Assembly: GCA_963422375.2 (NCBI GenBank) | Contig: CAXXKD010000001.1 | Span: 256,001-320,000, forward strand | Direction: 5' to 3' | DNA: 64,000 nt | Origin: Bryobacterales bacterium | Lineage (GTDB): Bacteria > Acidobacteriota > Terriglobia > Bryobacterales > UBA6623 | Shown here: in pieces, positions 30,037 to 40,017 of the stretch | Layout: every line of letters starts with the position of its first letter | Position numbering within the stretch: the first letter of the stretch is position 1 | Notes under the pieces: generated by a model | Database searches by the model: none | Seen by the model: the letters and a program-made list of their open reading frames with translations, nothing else | What the model was told of the DNA's origin: nothing | Position numbers and translations under genes: made by a program

Positions 30037-33000
30037 TCAGAAGTACAACCGCACGCCGAGCTGGACCTGCAACGGGCCGGTTCCGCGCACCTGCCTGTTG
30101 TTCCGGTCGTATGTCCCGTCGCTGCCGCGTAGCCGCCGGAAGGATTCGGTGGGAGAGATGACCGCTCCGTTTGCGAGGTCCACACCGGGGCCGTAGATCT
30201 TGTTGAAGTCGCCGTACTCGACGTTCTCGAAATTGAGGGCGTTGAACAGCTCGACCGACAGGTCCACGTGCGAGCTGTCCGAGAGGCCGAAGCGTCGCAG
30301 CAGGCGGATGTCGACGTTCCTCATCCCGCGGTTGCGGAACGCGTGGCGCGCGAAGTACTCGCCCGGCGCTTGCAGCGCCCGCTCGCTCGCGAACTGGTCC
30401 CCGTTCAGGTCCGTGCCGGCTAGCGCGTCCATCGGGGGCGCGCTGGCCGAGCGCAGGATCGCGGACACCGACAGGCCGGCCGGAAGGTTGAAGATGCCGT
30501 AGCCCGTGAACTGATGCCGCATGTCGAGGCTCGCCGGGCCGAACGCGTCCTGCGGGCGCCCGTGGTCCGTGTAGAGGGGGTCCCAGAAGTAGGCCTCGTT
30601 CAGGTCGCTGGAGTACGCCCTCGCGTAGGTGTAGTGCGCGGAGGCCTGGAAGCGCTCGCCGCGGAACTTCCAGTGGGCGGTCATCCCGTCGTAGTTGGCG
30701 CGGGCCAGCGATTCGATTACGCGCAGGGCCCCGACTTGCGGGGCCGGCCGGTTGGCGGTGTCGTAGTACGGAATCCGCGCCGGGTCGTCCGGACGAACGG
30801 CCGAGTCGGGCAGGTTGTAATCGCGCATTCCGTGCAGGCGGGTAGTCCTGTACCGCATCCACTGCAGCCCGGCCACGGAGCTCCCGCTCAGCTCCCGCTC
30901 GACGGCGAGTGCGACCTTGACCGACCGCGGGTTGCGGAAGTCCGGGCTGACCGCGTGCGGGGCCGCACCGAGGTACTTGTCGCCGTCCAGCACGCGTGCG
31001 ATTTCATCGCGCGAGAACACGGGCAGGTCCGCCAGGGCGTACTGGTTCAGGTCGATTCCGGCGGCAAGGAACTGGCGGTAGACGGTCGGCTCGCGGGCGG
31101 GCAAGGTGACCGGGACGTTGAACGGGGGCTCCCGGAAGGCCTTCGTTGCCGCGTTGAAGAACACAGGGGGAGTGATGGCGTGAAACACTCCGAAGCTCCC
31201 GCGGAAGACTAGATGCCGCCGCAATCCGGGCGGGCTATACGCGAAGCCGAGCCGCGGCATCCACTGCCGCGTGTCGTCCGGCAGAAATGTCGGGTCGACC
31301 GGGCCGAACGGGAAGCGAGCCTGGCGCACGCGCTCGATCAGGACGTCGCTGCCGGTTTCCGGGGTCTGATTGAACTGCCCGGCCCAGCGGAAGCCGAGGT
31401 CTAGCGTCAGGCCGGGGGCGGCGCGCCACGAGTCCTGCACGTAGAGGGCGGCATGGCCGAGGTGCTGTTGGCCGAGCGTGTTGCCCATCTGCCGCAAGTA
31501 GATCCCCGGCGCGTCGAAGCGGTTCGCGATCCGGCCGCCGGGTGTCAGGATGTCCAGGACCTCGTCGGGGTCCGAGGTGAATGGGGTGAAAAAGCCGAAC
31601 TGGGTGTATCCGAACCGGTCTTCGATCGCCACCCGGTCGAACTCCCCGCCGAGCTTGACGTCGTGCGCGCCGGAGTGCAGCACCAAGCTGTTGCTGAGCT
31701 TCGGCCGGATGTCCGACGTGTCCGTCGGCAGCAGGAAGGGGGTGCCGAAGCTGCCGATCACGCTGGACACAAGCGGCCGCTCCGCGTTCGCATCGCGCGG
31801 CCGATGCTCCCTCGTCAAGGTGAAGCGCAGCTGATTGATGGCTTCTGGCGACAACAGGCTGGTCAGCTGGGCGGTCAGGAAGTGGATCGAGTCGCCCTCG
31901 GTGCCGTTGTGGCTCAGGGCGCCCGTAGTCCGCGGATGCCGCGCGCCGGCCTCGGACGCCGCGTTCCGCGCGACGGCGCTGCTGTAGTTGTAGCGGACCA
32001 TCAGCTTGCTGCCGCCGGAGAACTGGTAGTCGAACCGGGGCGTGAGCGCCCAAGCGTCGTTGGTCGCCTCGAAGGGCTCTTCGAGGCTCCTGAAGTAGTC
32101 GTACGCCTCGGGCCCGCGGTCCCGGTCCGCCCCGGCCAGCGCCGGAAACTCGACGTAGCGCGGGCGCGAGCTAACTTGGCGCTCGACCGCGAAGAACCAG
32201 AACGCCTTGTCCGCGCGAAGCGGGCCGCCAGCGGACCCCCCGAATTGCTGGAGCCGTTCGAGCACCTTGACGCCGAACGGATCGACCAGTCCGAGCCTCG
32301 GATGGCGAATCTGGTAGAAGGCGTCGCCATGCGGGCTGTTGCCGCCGGACTTGGTGGAGACGTTCACTATGCCGGATACCGTCCGCCCGTACTCCGCAGT
32401 GAATCCCGAGGTCACGGCCTGGAACTCCTGGACCGCGCTCTGCGGCACCGTGATCACCGACTGCGCGCGCTCGCCGCCTTGGATGCCGCCGAAGAACGCT
32501 TGGTTGTAGTCCGCCCCGTCGACTTGGACGTTGGTGTAGATTCCGCGCAGCGCCGCGAAGGACAGATGGCCGACCGCTGGCGAAATCTGCACCGTCGGCG
32601 TCAGCAGGGCGAAGTCGTGGAACCGCCGGCCGTTGATCGGCAGGTCGTTGAATGTCCGGCTGGCGACCACGCTGCTGGAGGCCGGCATCATGGCGTCCAG
32701 CAGGGAAGCGGAGACCTCGATCGAGACGTGCGTCGCCCCGATGGCCAGATCCAGGTCGACGTGGACCGCGCGGCCGACGCTCACCACGATCCCGTCCACC
32801 GTGCCCGGCGCGAAGTCGGGGCTCGAGCCGACGACCGAATACTCGCCAGGGGGCAGCGAGCCGGCTTGGTACCAGCCGGTACCGTCGGTCTGGACCTCAC
32901 GCTCGGACCCGCTCTCGAGGCCTGCGACGGTCACCGTCGCGTCCGGGATTGCCGCGCCGTCGGGTCCCGTGACCAAGCCGACGATGCGGCCGAGGTTGGC

Positions 33001-33087
33001 GTCGAACTGCGCCTCGAGCCGACCGTTGAAAGCGTGCGGCGCGGCAAGCAGCAAGAGGGCGGCGATTGGCCGGAGGATACTCCGCAA
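30037..33087 (-). CDS. Oar-like TonB-dependent receptor with carboxypeptidase regulatory-like N-domain
   Basis: GLVTGPDGAAIPDATVT, LPINGRRF, AEYGRT, TKSGGN, YVQDSWR, C-terminal QLGVRLYF; start uncertain (33087-33142). Confidence 0.92.
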   Translation of the reverse strand: MRSILRPIAALLLLAAPHAFNGRLEAQFDANLGRIVGLVTGPDGAAIPDATVTVAGLESGSEREVQTDGTGWYQAGSLPPGEYSVVGSSPDFAPGTVDGIVVSVGRAVHVDLDLAIGATHVSIEVSASLLDAMMPASSSVVASRTFNDLPINGRRFHDFALLTPTVQISPAVGHLSFAALRGIYTNVQVDGADYNQAFFGGIQGGERAQSVITVPQSAVQEFQAVTSGFTAEYGRTVSGIVNVSTKSGGNSPHGDAFYQIRHPRLGLVDPFGVKVLERLQQFGGSAGGPLRADKAFWFFAVERQVSSRPRYVEFPALAGADRDRGPEAYDYFRSLEEPFEATNDAWALTPRFDYQFSGGSKLMVRYNYSSAVARNAASEAGARHPRTTGALSHNGTEGDSIHFLTAQLTSLLSPEAINQLRFTLTREHRPRDANAERPLVSSVIGSFGTPFLLPTDTSDIRPKLSNSLVLHSGAHDVKLGGEFDRVAIEDRFGYTQFGFFTPFTSDPDEVLDILTPGGRIANRFDAPGIYLRQMGNTLGQQHLGHAALYVQDSWRAAPGLTLDLGFRWAGQFNQTPETGSDVLIERVRQARFPFGPVDPTFLPDDTRQWMPRLGFAYSPPGLRRHLVFRGSFGVFHAITPPVFFNAATKAFREPPFNVPVTLPAREPTVYRQFLAAGIDLNQYALADLPVFSRDEIARVLDGDKYLGAAPHAVSPDFRNPRSVKVALAVERELSGSSVAGLQWMRYRTTRLHGMRDYNLPDSAVRPDDPARIPYYDTANRPAPQVGALRVIESLARANYDGMTAHWKFRGERFQASAHYTYARAYSSDLNEAYFWDPLYTDHGRPQDAFGPASLDMRHQFTGYGIFNLPAGLSVSAILRSASAPPMDALAGTDLNGDQFASERALQAPGEYFARHAFRNRGMRNVDIRLLRRFGLSDSSHVDLSVELFNALNFENVEYGDFNKIYGPGVDLANGAVISPTESFRRLRGSDGTYDRNNRQVRGTGPLQVQLGVRLYF

Positions 33088-33293
33088 TGTCCGCGCCGAC
33101 GCGACCGCGCCGCTGCGTTGCAATCGACGGCGGACATGCATTTTCACCCAGTGTACCCGCAGGCGCGATGCATGCGGTGGAGGCCGCATCTTCGAGGCGC
33201 CGCGACGTATCATACGCTCCGGGCGATGGCTGCGGCGGGCCGTCGGGCGTCCGATGCACGGGGCCGTTCGCTTCTTCCAATCGTCCGCGGCGG

Positions 33294-33318
33294 CCGCCAC
33301 GGCGCGTCGCCGTGGCGG
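33294..33318. promoter_or_regulatory. Perfect 11-bp hairpin between the divergent TonB receptor and lspA
   Basis: CCGCCACGGCG-CGT-CGCCGTGGCGG; function unknown. Confidence 0.4.
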
Positions 33319-33374
33319 TCGGTCGGGATGCCGCCTCCCATCATGTAGACTGGCTTCTGGGGAGCCTCCTGCCG

Positions 33375-33929
33375 ATGCGGAACGCCAGCGCCCGTCCCGA
33401 GCGGAGCGGCTCCTGCTGCGTCGGCTTGGGGCTCGACGCGAGAGTGCTCGTCCCCTTCGCGGCGCTGGTCGCGGTGCTGGACTGGGTCACGAAGCGGGCC
33501 GTGGCGGAATCGATGCCGCACGGGGCGAGCGAGGCCGTGGTGGGGGGATTCTTCAACCTAGTGCATGTCCGCAATACCGGCATCGCGTTCAGCCTGTTCG
33601 CGGATTCCGCGCCTTGGTTCCGCGACTACGTGCTGCCGTCCGTCTCTTTCGCCGCCATCGTGGTCATCGCCGCCATGTTCCGCGGACTGCGCGGGATGCC
33701 GGCCAGCAGTCGCGTCGCTCTCGCCCTGGTCCTCGCGGGCGCGGCCGGCAATCTCGTTGAGAGAGTGCGCCACGGCTACGTAACCGACTTCCTGGACTTT
33801 CACGTCGGTTCGCTGCACTGGCCGGCGTTCAACGTGGCCGACAGCTCGATCACGGTGGGCGTCTGCCTCCTGCTTCTGGACTCCCTGCGGGGGCGCCACG
33901 GGGCGCCCGCCGCCGCGTCTGCCGACTAG
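33375..33929 (+). CDS. lspA: Lipoprotein signal peptidase II
   Basis: DWVTK, RNTGIAFS, GAAGNL, VTDFL, FNVADS; start uncertain. Confidence 0.95.
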   Translation: MRNASARPERSGSCCVGLGLDARVLVPFAALVAVLDWVTKRAVAESMPHGASEAVVGGFFNLVHVRNTGIAFSLFADSAPWFRDYVLPSVSFAAIVVIAAMFRGLRGMPASSRVALALVLAGAAGNLVERVRHGYVTDFLDFHVGSLHWPAFNVADSSITVGVCLLLLDSLRGRHGAPAAASAD

Positions 33930-33944
33930 TCGCGCTCCCGCCGC

Positions 33945-34793
33945 ATGTATCCCGAACTCCTGTCGGTCGGCGGGTTCTCGCTGCCCACGTACGGCGTGCT
34001 GATCGCCTTGGGCTTCCTCGTCGGGATCACCGTCGCGAGCCGCTTGGCGCGCCGGGCGGAATTGGAGCCCGAGCGCGTCACGAATCTCGCCGTGTTGCTC
34101 CTGCTGGCCGCGATCGTAGGCGCGAAGCTCTTCATGATTCTCGACAGCTGGGAGTACTACTCGGGTGACCTCGGCAGGCTGTTCTCGATCTCGGCCCTGC
34201 GTTCGGGAGGCGTCTTCTACGGAGGCCTGCTGACGGCGCTCGCCGTGGCGTACTACTACACGCGCCGGCACCGCATGCCGTGGCTTGCCACGGCGGACGC
34301 GATGGTGCCGGGACTGGCCTTCGGCCATGCCATCGGCCGGATGGGCTGCTTCGCTGCGGGCTGTTGCTGGGGGCGCGAAACCCACCTCGCATGGGCGGTC
34401 ACTTTCACCGATCCCCAGGCGCACAGCTTCACGGGAGTGCCCCTGAACGTGCCGCTGCATCCGACGCAGCTGTACGAAGCGCTAGGGACCGCGCTGGTCG
34501 CGGCGCTGCTGCTCTGGCGCTATCTGCGCCCCCATGCGCCCGGGGCGATACTCGGCAGCTATCTGGTCCTGTATTCCGCCTTCCGCTTCGGCGTGGAGTT
34601 CTTCCGGGACGAGGGTGCCCGCACGCTGCTGGTCGGCGGGGTCATCAGCTCCACCCAGTGCGTGGCCGTCGTGTTGGCGATCGCTGGAATCTGGCTGGTT
34701 CGCGCGGCACCGCGCCTCCCTGAGCCGCCGCAGCGCCCCGGGACAGGTCGCAAGCCCAGTTCCGTCGCGACGACCCCGGGCAGGAGGCGCTGA
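33945..34793 (+). CDS. lgt: Prolipoprotein diacylglyceryl transferase
   Basis: GGVFYGG, IGRMGCFAAGCCWG, HPTQLYE, FRFGVEFFR. Confidence 0.95.
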   Translation: MYPELLSVGGFSLPTYGVLIALGFLVGITVASRLARRAELEPERVTNLAVLLLLAAIVGAKLFMILDSWEYYSGDLGRLFSISALRSGGVFYGGLLTALAVAYYYTRRHRMPWLATADAMVPGLAFGHAIGRMGCFAAGCCWGRETHLAWAVTFTDPQAHSFTGVPLNVPLHPTQLYEALGTALVAALLLWRYLRPHAPGAILGSYLVLYSAFRFGVEFFRDEGARTLLVGGVISSTQCVAVVLAIAGIWLVRAAPRLPEPPQRPGTGRKPSSVATTPGRRR

Positions 34794-34804
34794 CGCCGCC
34801 GGGC

Positions 34805-35410
34805 CTACGCGCCGGTGTTCAGCGTGTTCGGCGACCCGGCTTCGTACTCGACGATGCGTTCCAGCCTCTGCAGGATGTAGCTGAGCTGGTCGCCGCCCTC
34901 GAGCAGGCACTGGCGCGAGAAGCCGTCCACCGGGAACGTCACCGCCCGCCCGCCCGGAAGCACTAGCGACTGCGTTTCCAGGTCGACGGTCAGGACGAAG
35001 TCCCCCGTGTCGACGCGGTCGAAGAGCTCGTCAAGAGTCGGCCGGTCCACGACAACCGGGAGCAGCCCGTTCTTCAGGCAGTTGTTGCGGAAGATGTCGG
35101 CGAACGAGGTGCTGATGACGGCGCGGAATCCGAAGCCCAGCAGCGCCCACGGCGCATGCTCGCGCGAGCTGCCGCAGCCGAAGTTGTCGCCCGCCAGCAG
35201 GATGCTGGCGCCCTGCGCGCCGGGCCGGTTCAGGACGAACTCGGGATTCGGAGTTCCGTCGGCGAGGTATCGCCAATCGTTGAAGAGATTCTCGCCCAGG
35301 CCCAGCTTCGCGATCGTCTTCAAGAATCGTGCCGGGATGATCTGGTCGGTGTCGATGTCGCTGACGCGCAACGCGGCGACCTTGCCGCTGAATCTCTTGA
35401 CAGTCTGCAT
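34805..35410 (-). CDS. leuD: 3-isopropylmalate dehydratase small subunit
   Basis: DIDTDQIIPARFL, NFGCGSSREHAPWAL; start MQTVKRF. Confidence 0.97.
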   Translation of the reverse strand: MQTVKRFSGKVAALRVSDIDTDQIIPARFLKTIAKLGLGENLFNDWRYLADGTPNPEFVLNRPGAQGASILLAGDNFGCGSSREHAPWALLGFGFRAVISTSFADIFRNNCLKNGLLPVVVDRPTLDELFDRVDTGDFVLTVDLETQSLVLPGGRAVTFPVDGFSRQCLLEGGDQLSYILQRLERIVEYEAGSPNTLNTGA

Positions 35411-35430
35411 GGCGCAGCTCCCTCCTCGCT

Positions 35431-36819
35431 CTATAGGTAGGCGCGCGGGTCGGCGACCCGTCCCTCGACCGCCGCAGCGGCCGCCGTCAGCGGGCTTGAC
35501 AGGAATGTCCGCCCGCCCTTGCCCTGGCGACCTTCGAAATTGCGGTTGCTGGTCGAGACGCAGTACTGGCCGCTGGCGAGCTGGTCGCCGTTCATGCCGA
35601 TGCACATGCTGCAGCCGGCGTCGCGCCAGTCGGCCCCGGCTGCGCGGAAGACGTCCGCCAGCCCCTCGGCAACCGCCTGCGCCCTGACCTTCTCCGAGCC
35701 CGGCACGACCAGCATCCGCACGCGCGGGTCGACCTTGCGCCCCTTCAACAGGGCGGCCGCCTGCCGCAGGTCCGAGATGCGCGAGTTGGTGCAGCTCCCG
35801 AGGAAGACCACGTCCACCGGCTGGCCGAGCAGCGGCTTGCCCGGCTCGATCTGCATGTACTCCAGCGCCTTGCGCACGCCCGTGCTGCCGTTCGCCTCGG
35901 GCACGGGCTGGCTGATTCCGACGCCCATGCCGGGGTTGGTGCCCCAGGTGATCATCGGTTCCAATGACGCCGCGTCGATCGTGACGGTGCGGTCGTAGTC
36001 CGCGCCCTCGTCGGTCGGGAGGCGGCGCCAGCGCTCGACTGCCGCGTCCCATTCGGCTCCCGCCGGCGAGGCGGGCCTGCCGGCCAGGTACTCGTAGGTC
36101 GTGTCGTCCGGGGCGATCATGCCTGCGCGGGCGCCTCCCTCGATCGACATGTTGCAGACGGTCATGCGGCCTTCCATGGACAGCGAGCGGATCGCCTCGC
36201 CCGTGTATTCCAGCACCTGGCCCGTGCCGCCGCCCACGCCGATTCTCGCGATGAGGGCCAGGATCAGGTCCTTGGCGACAATGCCTTCGGACGCGCGTCC
36301 CGCGAAGCGCACCGCGCAGGTGCTGGACTTGGCCTGCAGGAGGCACTGCGTCGCCAGCACATGCTCCACCTCGGTCGTGCCGATGCCGAAGGCCAGCGCC
36401 CCGAACGCCCCGTGCGTCGAGGTGTGGCTGTCCCCGCACACCACCGTGATGCCGGGCCGCGTCAGTCCGAGTTCCGGGCCGATGACATGGACGATGCCTT
36501 GCGACTCGTCGCCGACGTCCTTCAGCGGCACGCCGAATTCCCGGCAGTTGATGCGCAGCCGCTGGACTTGCTTGGCCGCGATCGGGTCGACGATCGGTAG
36601 GGCCTGGTCGCGCGTCGGAATGCTGTGGTCCATCGTGGCCACGGTCCGGTCCGGCCGGCGGACCCCGATGCCTCGGTCACGCAGTCCCTGGAACGCCTGC
36701 GGCGACGTCACCTCGTGGACTAGGTGCAGGTCGATGTACAGCACCGCCGGCGCGCCTTTCTCGTGCGCCACCACATGGGAATCCCAGACCTTCTCGTAGA
36801 GCGTGCGGGGCTTGGTCAC
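35431..36819 (-). CDS. leuC: 3-isopropylmalate dehydratase large subunit
   Basis: [43 protein letters not shown]. Confidence 0.98.
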   Translation of the reverse strand: MTKPRTLYEKVWDSHVVAHEKGAPAVLYIDLHLVHEVTSPQAFQGLRDRGIGVRRPDRTVATMDHSIPTRDQALPIVDPIAAKQVQRLRINCREFGVPLKDVGDESQGIVHVIGPELGLTRPGITVVCGDSHTSTHGAFGALAFGIGTTEVEHVLATQCLLQAKSSTCAVRFAGRASEGIVAKDLILALIARIGVGGGTGQVLEYTGEAIRSLSMEGRMTVCNMSIEGGARAGMIAPDDTTYEYLAGRPASPAGAEWDAAVERWRRLPTDEGADYDRTVTIDAASLEPMITWGTNPGMGVGISQPVPEANGSTGVRKALEYMQIEPGKPLLGQPVDVVFLGSCTNSRISDLRQAAALLKGRKVDPRVRMLVVPGSEKVRAQAVAEGLADVFRAAGADWRDAGCSMCIGMNGDQLASGQYCVSTSNRNFEGRQGKGGRTFLSSPLTAAAAAVEGRVADPRAYL

Positions 36820-37164
36820 GTCTTGAGTCTAGCGCAGGCACGGCCGCCGCAGGCGGCCCGTGGCGGGCTCCCTCGGCGAAGGCGCGAGCCCTTCCGTCCC
36901 GCGGTTGACAGCGGATCGGGAGCCCCCTAGACTGCGAAAGGCGGCGCATTCCCGGGTTGCGGGCGCGGCGGCAGCCTCGGCCTCGCTCGGTCGCGGGCCG
37001 GAATCGCTTGGCGGCGTTCCGTCGGCCGCCCGAGAGAGATTGGCGCCAGACCTGCGTGCGCCCGTAGCGCGGATCTCCCGCACCCGCTGGACGGCGCGGG
37101 AGATCGGATTCTCGTCGGGCGGCCGTCGCTCGACTCGGTGCCGGCGAGTTTGGTATCTGTGAAG

Positions 37165-37330
37165 AGTGCGGTCAGTGGGTCGGCCTCAAGCGGCACGGAG
37201 CGGTTCCGTGGACGCTTTGCTGCAGGGACGGCGTGGAATAAATCGAGTTCGAAGCAGCGTCGCATAGCGTGAGGTGAGCTTTCCCGAGCCGCAGGTCCAA
37301 CCATTCCAGTCTAGAGCGATCCCCCGCTCA
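37165..37330 (+). ncRNA. Candidate structured RNA, unassigned
   Basis: Six nested short helices read by eye, with G-U pairs favouring the + strand; no family recognised. Confidence 0.25.
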
Positions 37331-37420
37331 ATCCGGGCGGCGGACCGGCGGGCCCGCTGTCGCCGCTAGCCTTGTCTGCCGGGGCCGAGCGGCGCGCGTC
37401 GCGGGCTCGGGAGCTGCGCG

Positions 37421-37957
37421 ATGACGGACTCCCCGCGGGCCAGCGCGCTGCGCGAGCCGGTGCTGGTCCTGAACGCCAGCTACGAGCCAATTCACGTCTG
37501 CGCGGTCCGGCGAGCGCTCGTTCTGATCGTCAAGGGAGTCGCGTCGGCCGAGGAGGCCGGCGAGGGCAGCGTGCGTTCGCCTTCCCAGAGCCTCGCTGTC
37601 CCATCCGTGATCCGCTTGCTGGAGTACCGGCGCATCCCGCGGCAGATGCGGGCCATCTCCCGCAAGAACATCCTCATCCGGGACCAGCACACCTGCCAGT
37701 ACTGCGACCAGCCGTTCGGGGCGGGCGAGCTGACGCTGGACCACGTCGTGCCCCGCTCGCGCGGCGGCAGCAACACTTGGGAGAATCTCGTCGCCTGCTG
37801 CCTGCGCTGCAACAACCGCAAGGGCGACCGCCTGCCCGGCGAGGCCTCGATGAAGCTCAGCCGGCCGCCGAAGCCGTTCAACCTCCACACCAGCCGCAGC
37901 CTGATGCGGCAGCTCGGGAGCCAGCAGGAGGCTTGGCGCAAGTACCTCTTCTTCTGA
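37421..37957 (+). CDS. HNH endonuclease (McrA-like)
   Basis: VLVLNASYEP, RDQHTCQYC, TLDHVVPRSRGG, WENLVACCLRCNNRKG. Confidence 0.93.
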   Translation: MTDSPRASALREPVLVLNASYEPIHVCAVRRALVLIVKGVASAEEAGEGSVRSPSQSLAVPSVIRLLEYRRIPRQMRAISRKNILIRDQHTCQYCDQPFGAGELTLDHVVPRSRGGSNTWENLVACCLRCNNRKGDRLPGEASMKLSRPPKPFNLHTSRSLMRQLGSQQEAWRKYLFF

Positions 37958-37973
37958 CCCCCCCCCCCCCCCC
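37958..37973. repeat. Poly-C tract (16 nt)
   Basis: Homopolymer immediately after the HNH stop codon. Confidence 0.9.
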
Positions 37974-37997
37974 GGCCGGTCACGCATACTGGATTCG

Positions 37998-38687
37998 ATG
38001 AATCGGGCTGAGTGGCTGCTGTGCGACGCGGACGACACCCTGTGGGAGAACAACGTCTTCTTCGAGGAGGCGATCCGCGAGTTCGTCGTCTTTGCGGACC
38101 GTCCTGATCTGGGGCCCGCCGAGATTCGCGCGAGGCTGGACAGGGTCGAGGCGCGCAACATCAAGGTCAACGGATACGGCACGGAGAACTTCGGTCGCAA
38201 TCTTGTCGAGTGCTTCGAGACGCTCCGGGGGCGGGCCGCGCGGGACAGCGAGCTGCGGCGCCTGCGCGACATGACCGACCGGGTCCTTCATGCCCCGGTC
38301 GTGCCCATCGAGGGCGTCGAGGAAACGCTGGAGGCACTGGCCGTGCGCAACCGGCTCGGACTGGTGACCAAGGGGGTCTCAGAGGAACAGGACGCCAAGC
38401 TGCGTCGCTCCGGCCTTGGCGATTGGTTCGAGCACGTCAGCAACGTCGGCGAGAAGGACGCCGAGTGCTACCGCGCAGTGGTCCGCGAGATCGGCGCGGA
38501 TGCCCGGCGGACTTGGATGATCGGCAACAGTCCCAAATCCGACATCAATCCGGCCCTGGAGGCCGGCTTGGGAGCGGTCCTCGTGCGCAACGTCAACACG
38601 TGGCGCCTCGAACTGCAGGACCTGCCCGTGCCGCACGAGCGCTTCCTGCGGGTGGACCGCTTCGCCGAATTGGCCTCTCTGTTCTGA
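37998..38687 (+). CDS. HAD family hydrolase
   Basis: DADDTLW, VTKG, MIGNSPKSDI. Confidence 0.92.
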   Translation: MNRAEWLLCDADDTLWENNVFFEEAIREFVVFADRPDLGPAEIRARLDRVEARNIKVNGYGTENFGRNLVECFETLRGRAARDSELRRLRDMTDRVLHAPVVPIEGVEETLEALAVRNRLGLVTKGVSEEQDAKLRRSGLGDWFEHVSNVGEKDAECYRAVVREIGADARRTWMIGNSPKSDINPALEAGLGAVLVRNVNTWRLELQDLPVPHERFLRVDRFAELASLF

Positions 38688-38722
38688 CGCGCTCCCGGCC
38701 GCGGCGTCGCTCGGCCCGCGTC

Positions 38723-39982
38723 TCAGGCCGCGACGCGCCGGTAGATGTCCATCGTTTCGGACGCCATGCGATCGGATGCGAACCGCGCCAGAACGGCGGC
38801 CCGCCCGGCCTGGCCCAGGCTGCCCGCGGCCCGGCGGTCAGCGGCGAGCACGCCGAGCTTGGCGGCGAGGCTGGCGCTGTCGCGCGGCTCGCAGGCGAGG
38901 CCTCCCTCCGTCGCGGCGAGCAGCTCGGGAAACGCGCCGATGCGCGGCTGGACGACTGGGACTCCCGCCGCCAGAGCCTCGAGCACGTACAGGCCCTTGG
39001 AGGCTCGGTAGGTCGCCGGTACGGAAAACGCGTCAAGGCTCTCCAGGAACTCGACCTTGCCCGCGCGAGACAAATAGCCTAGGTCCTCGAAGCCGTGGCG
39101 CGCGCGCAAGTCGTCCACGTACCGTTGGGTCGACCCCGCCCGCCATCCGGCCACGCGCAGCTGCACCTCGCGGTCGGGCCGCGCCTCCCGCAATCGCTCC
39201 ACGGCCTCGGCCAGGAGTGCGAGCCCCTTCGTCGGCGAGATCCGGGCCAGGAAGCCGACCACGAACGGACCCTCCACGCGTACCGGCCGCGACTCGAAGC
39301 CCTCGGTCGCGATCCCCGGAAGGACGGTCTCGATCCGCTGGGCCGCCACACCTAGGATCGGCGCCATGATCCTAGCTTGGTCCTCGCAGGGCGCGACAAA
39401 GCGGTCGACGCGCTGGGCGTGGCTGCGCAGCAAGTCGTAGCATTCGGCGCGGTAGGGCTCGGGCAGGCCCGCGAGAAAGTCCGCTTCGCCTTGCAGCGAG
39501 CAGACGACGGGAACTCCGAGGCCGGCGGCGACGGGTCCGGCGAGGCTGGCCAGCATCGAGTTGGTCAGATGCACGACCTGCGGGCGGATCTCTCGCACCG
39601 CGGACACGAGCTTGGCGACTTCCCGCCGGTAGGGCCCGTCGGCGCCGAGGAAGGTGTCCCGCGTCATGGCACCTAGGTTGGCCGGGTCCGTGTCGACGGC
39701 GAAGCTCGACGCCCAGCGCAGCAGGCGCGGATGGTCCAGGATGCGGTCGAGCAAGCCGAACCGGCGGAAGAACGAGAACTTGCTCTGGAGGTACAGATTG
39801 ACTCCGCCGAGGACGATCCGCTCGTCGCTGACGTTCTCTTCGTCGGTCAGCAGCGGCGTGTAGGCAGGCAGCAGCACGGCGTCGTGGCCTTGGCGCATCA
39901 GCGCCTTGGCCAGCGCGTTGTCCTTCAGGCAGTTGCCGCAAATCGTGCCCGCCGCTCCGGCCGTGACGTATGCGATTCTCAA
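38723..39982 (-). CDS. Glycosyltransferase family 4
   Basis: GT-B features LARISPTKG, LEALAAGVPVV; N-terminal ICGNCLKDN. Confidence 0.88.
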   Translation of the reverse strand: MRIAYVTAGAAGTICGNCLKDNALAKALMRQGHDAVLLPAYTPLLTDEENVSDERIVLGGVNLYLQSKFSFFRRFGLLDRILDHPRLLRWASSFAVDTDPANLGAMTRDTFLGADGPYRREVAKLVSAVREIRPQVVHLTNSMLASLAGPVAAGLGVPVVCSLQGEADFLAGLPEPYRAECYDLLRSHAQRVDRFVAPCEDQARIMAPILGVAAQRIETVLPGIATEGFESRPVRVEGPFVVGFLARISPTKGLALLAEAVERLREARPDREVQLRVAGWRAGSTQRYVDDLRARHGFEDLGYLSRAGKVEFLESLDAFSVPATYRASKGLYVLEALAAGVPVVQPRIGAFPELLAATEGGLACEPRDSASLAAKLGVLAADRRAAGSLGQAGRAAVLARFASDRMASETMDIYRRVAA

Positions 39983-40017
39983 CGCCGCCTCCCTGCCGTC
40001 CAGCGTGCGCTGTCGCG

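Noticed and set aside
33090..33370. Cobalamin or TPP riboswitch ahead of the TonB receptors (also 63411-63890)
   Set aside because: No B12-box or TPP consensus motifs recognised
34805..36439. Extended ORF calls for leuD (also etfA, etfB, GGT, lspA, 56091..57470)
   Set aside because: Upstream extensions overlap neighbouring genes or non-coding DNA; trimmed to motif-supported starts
36820..37150. Leucine attenuator upstream of leuC
   Set aside because: No short Leu-rich leader peptide or U-tailed terminator found
37421..37957. IscB/Cas9-like RNA-guided nuclease
   Set aside because: Only 178 aa, with no RuvC, PLMP or bridge-helix region; matches the common stand-alone HNH type
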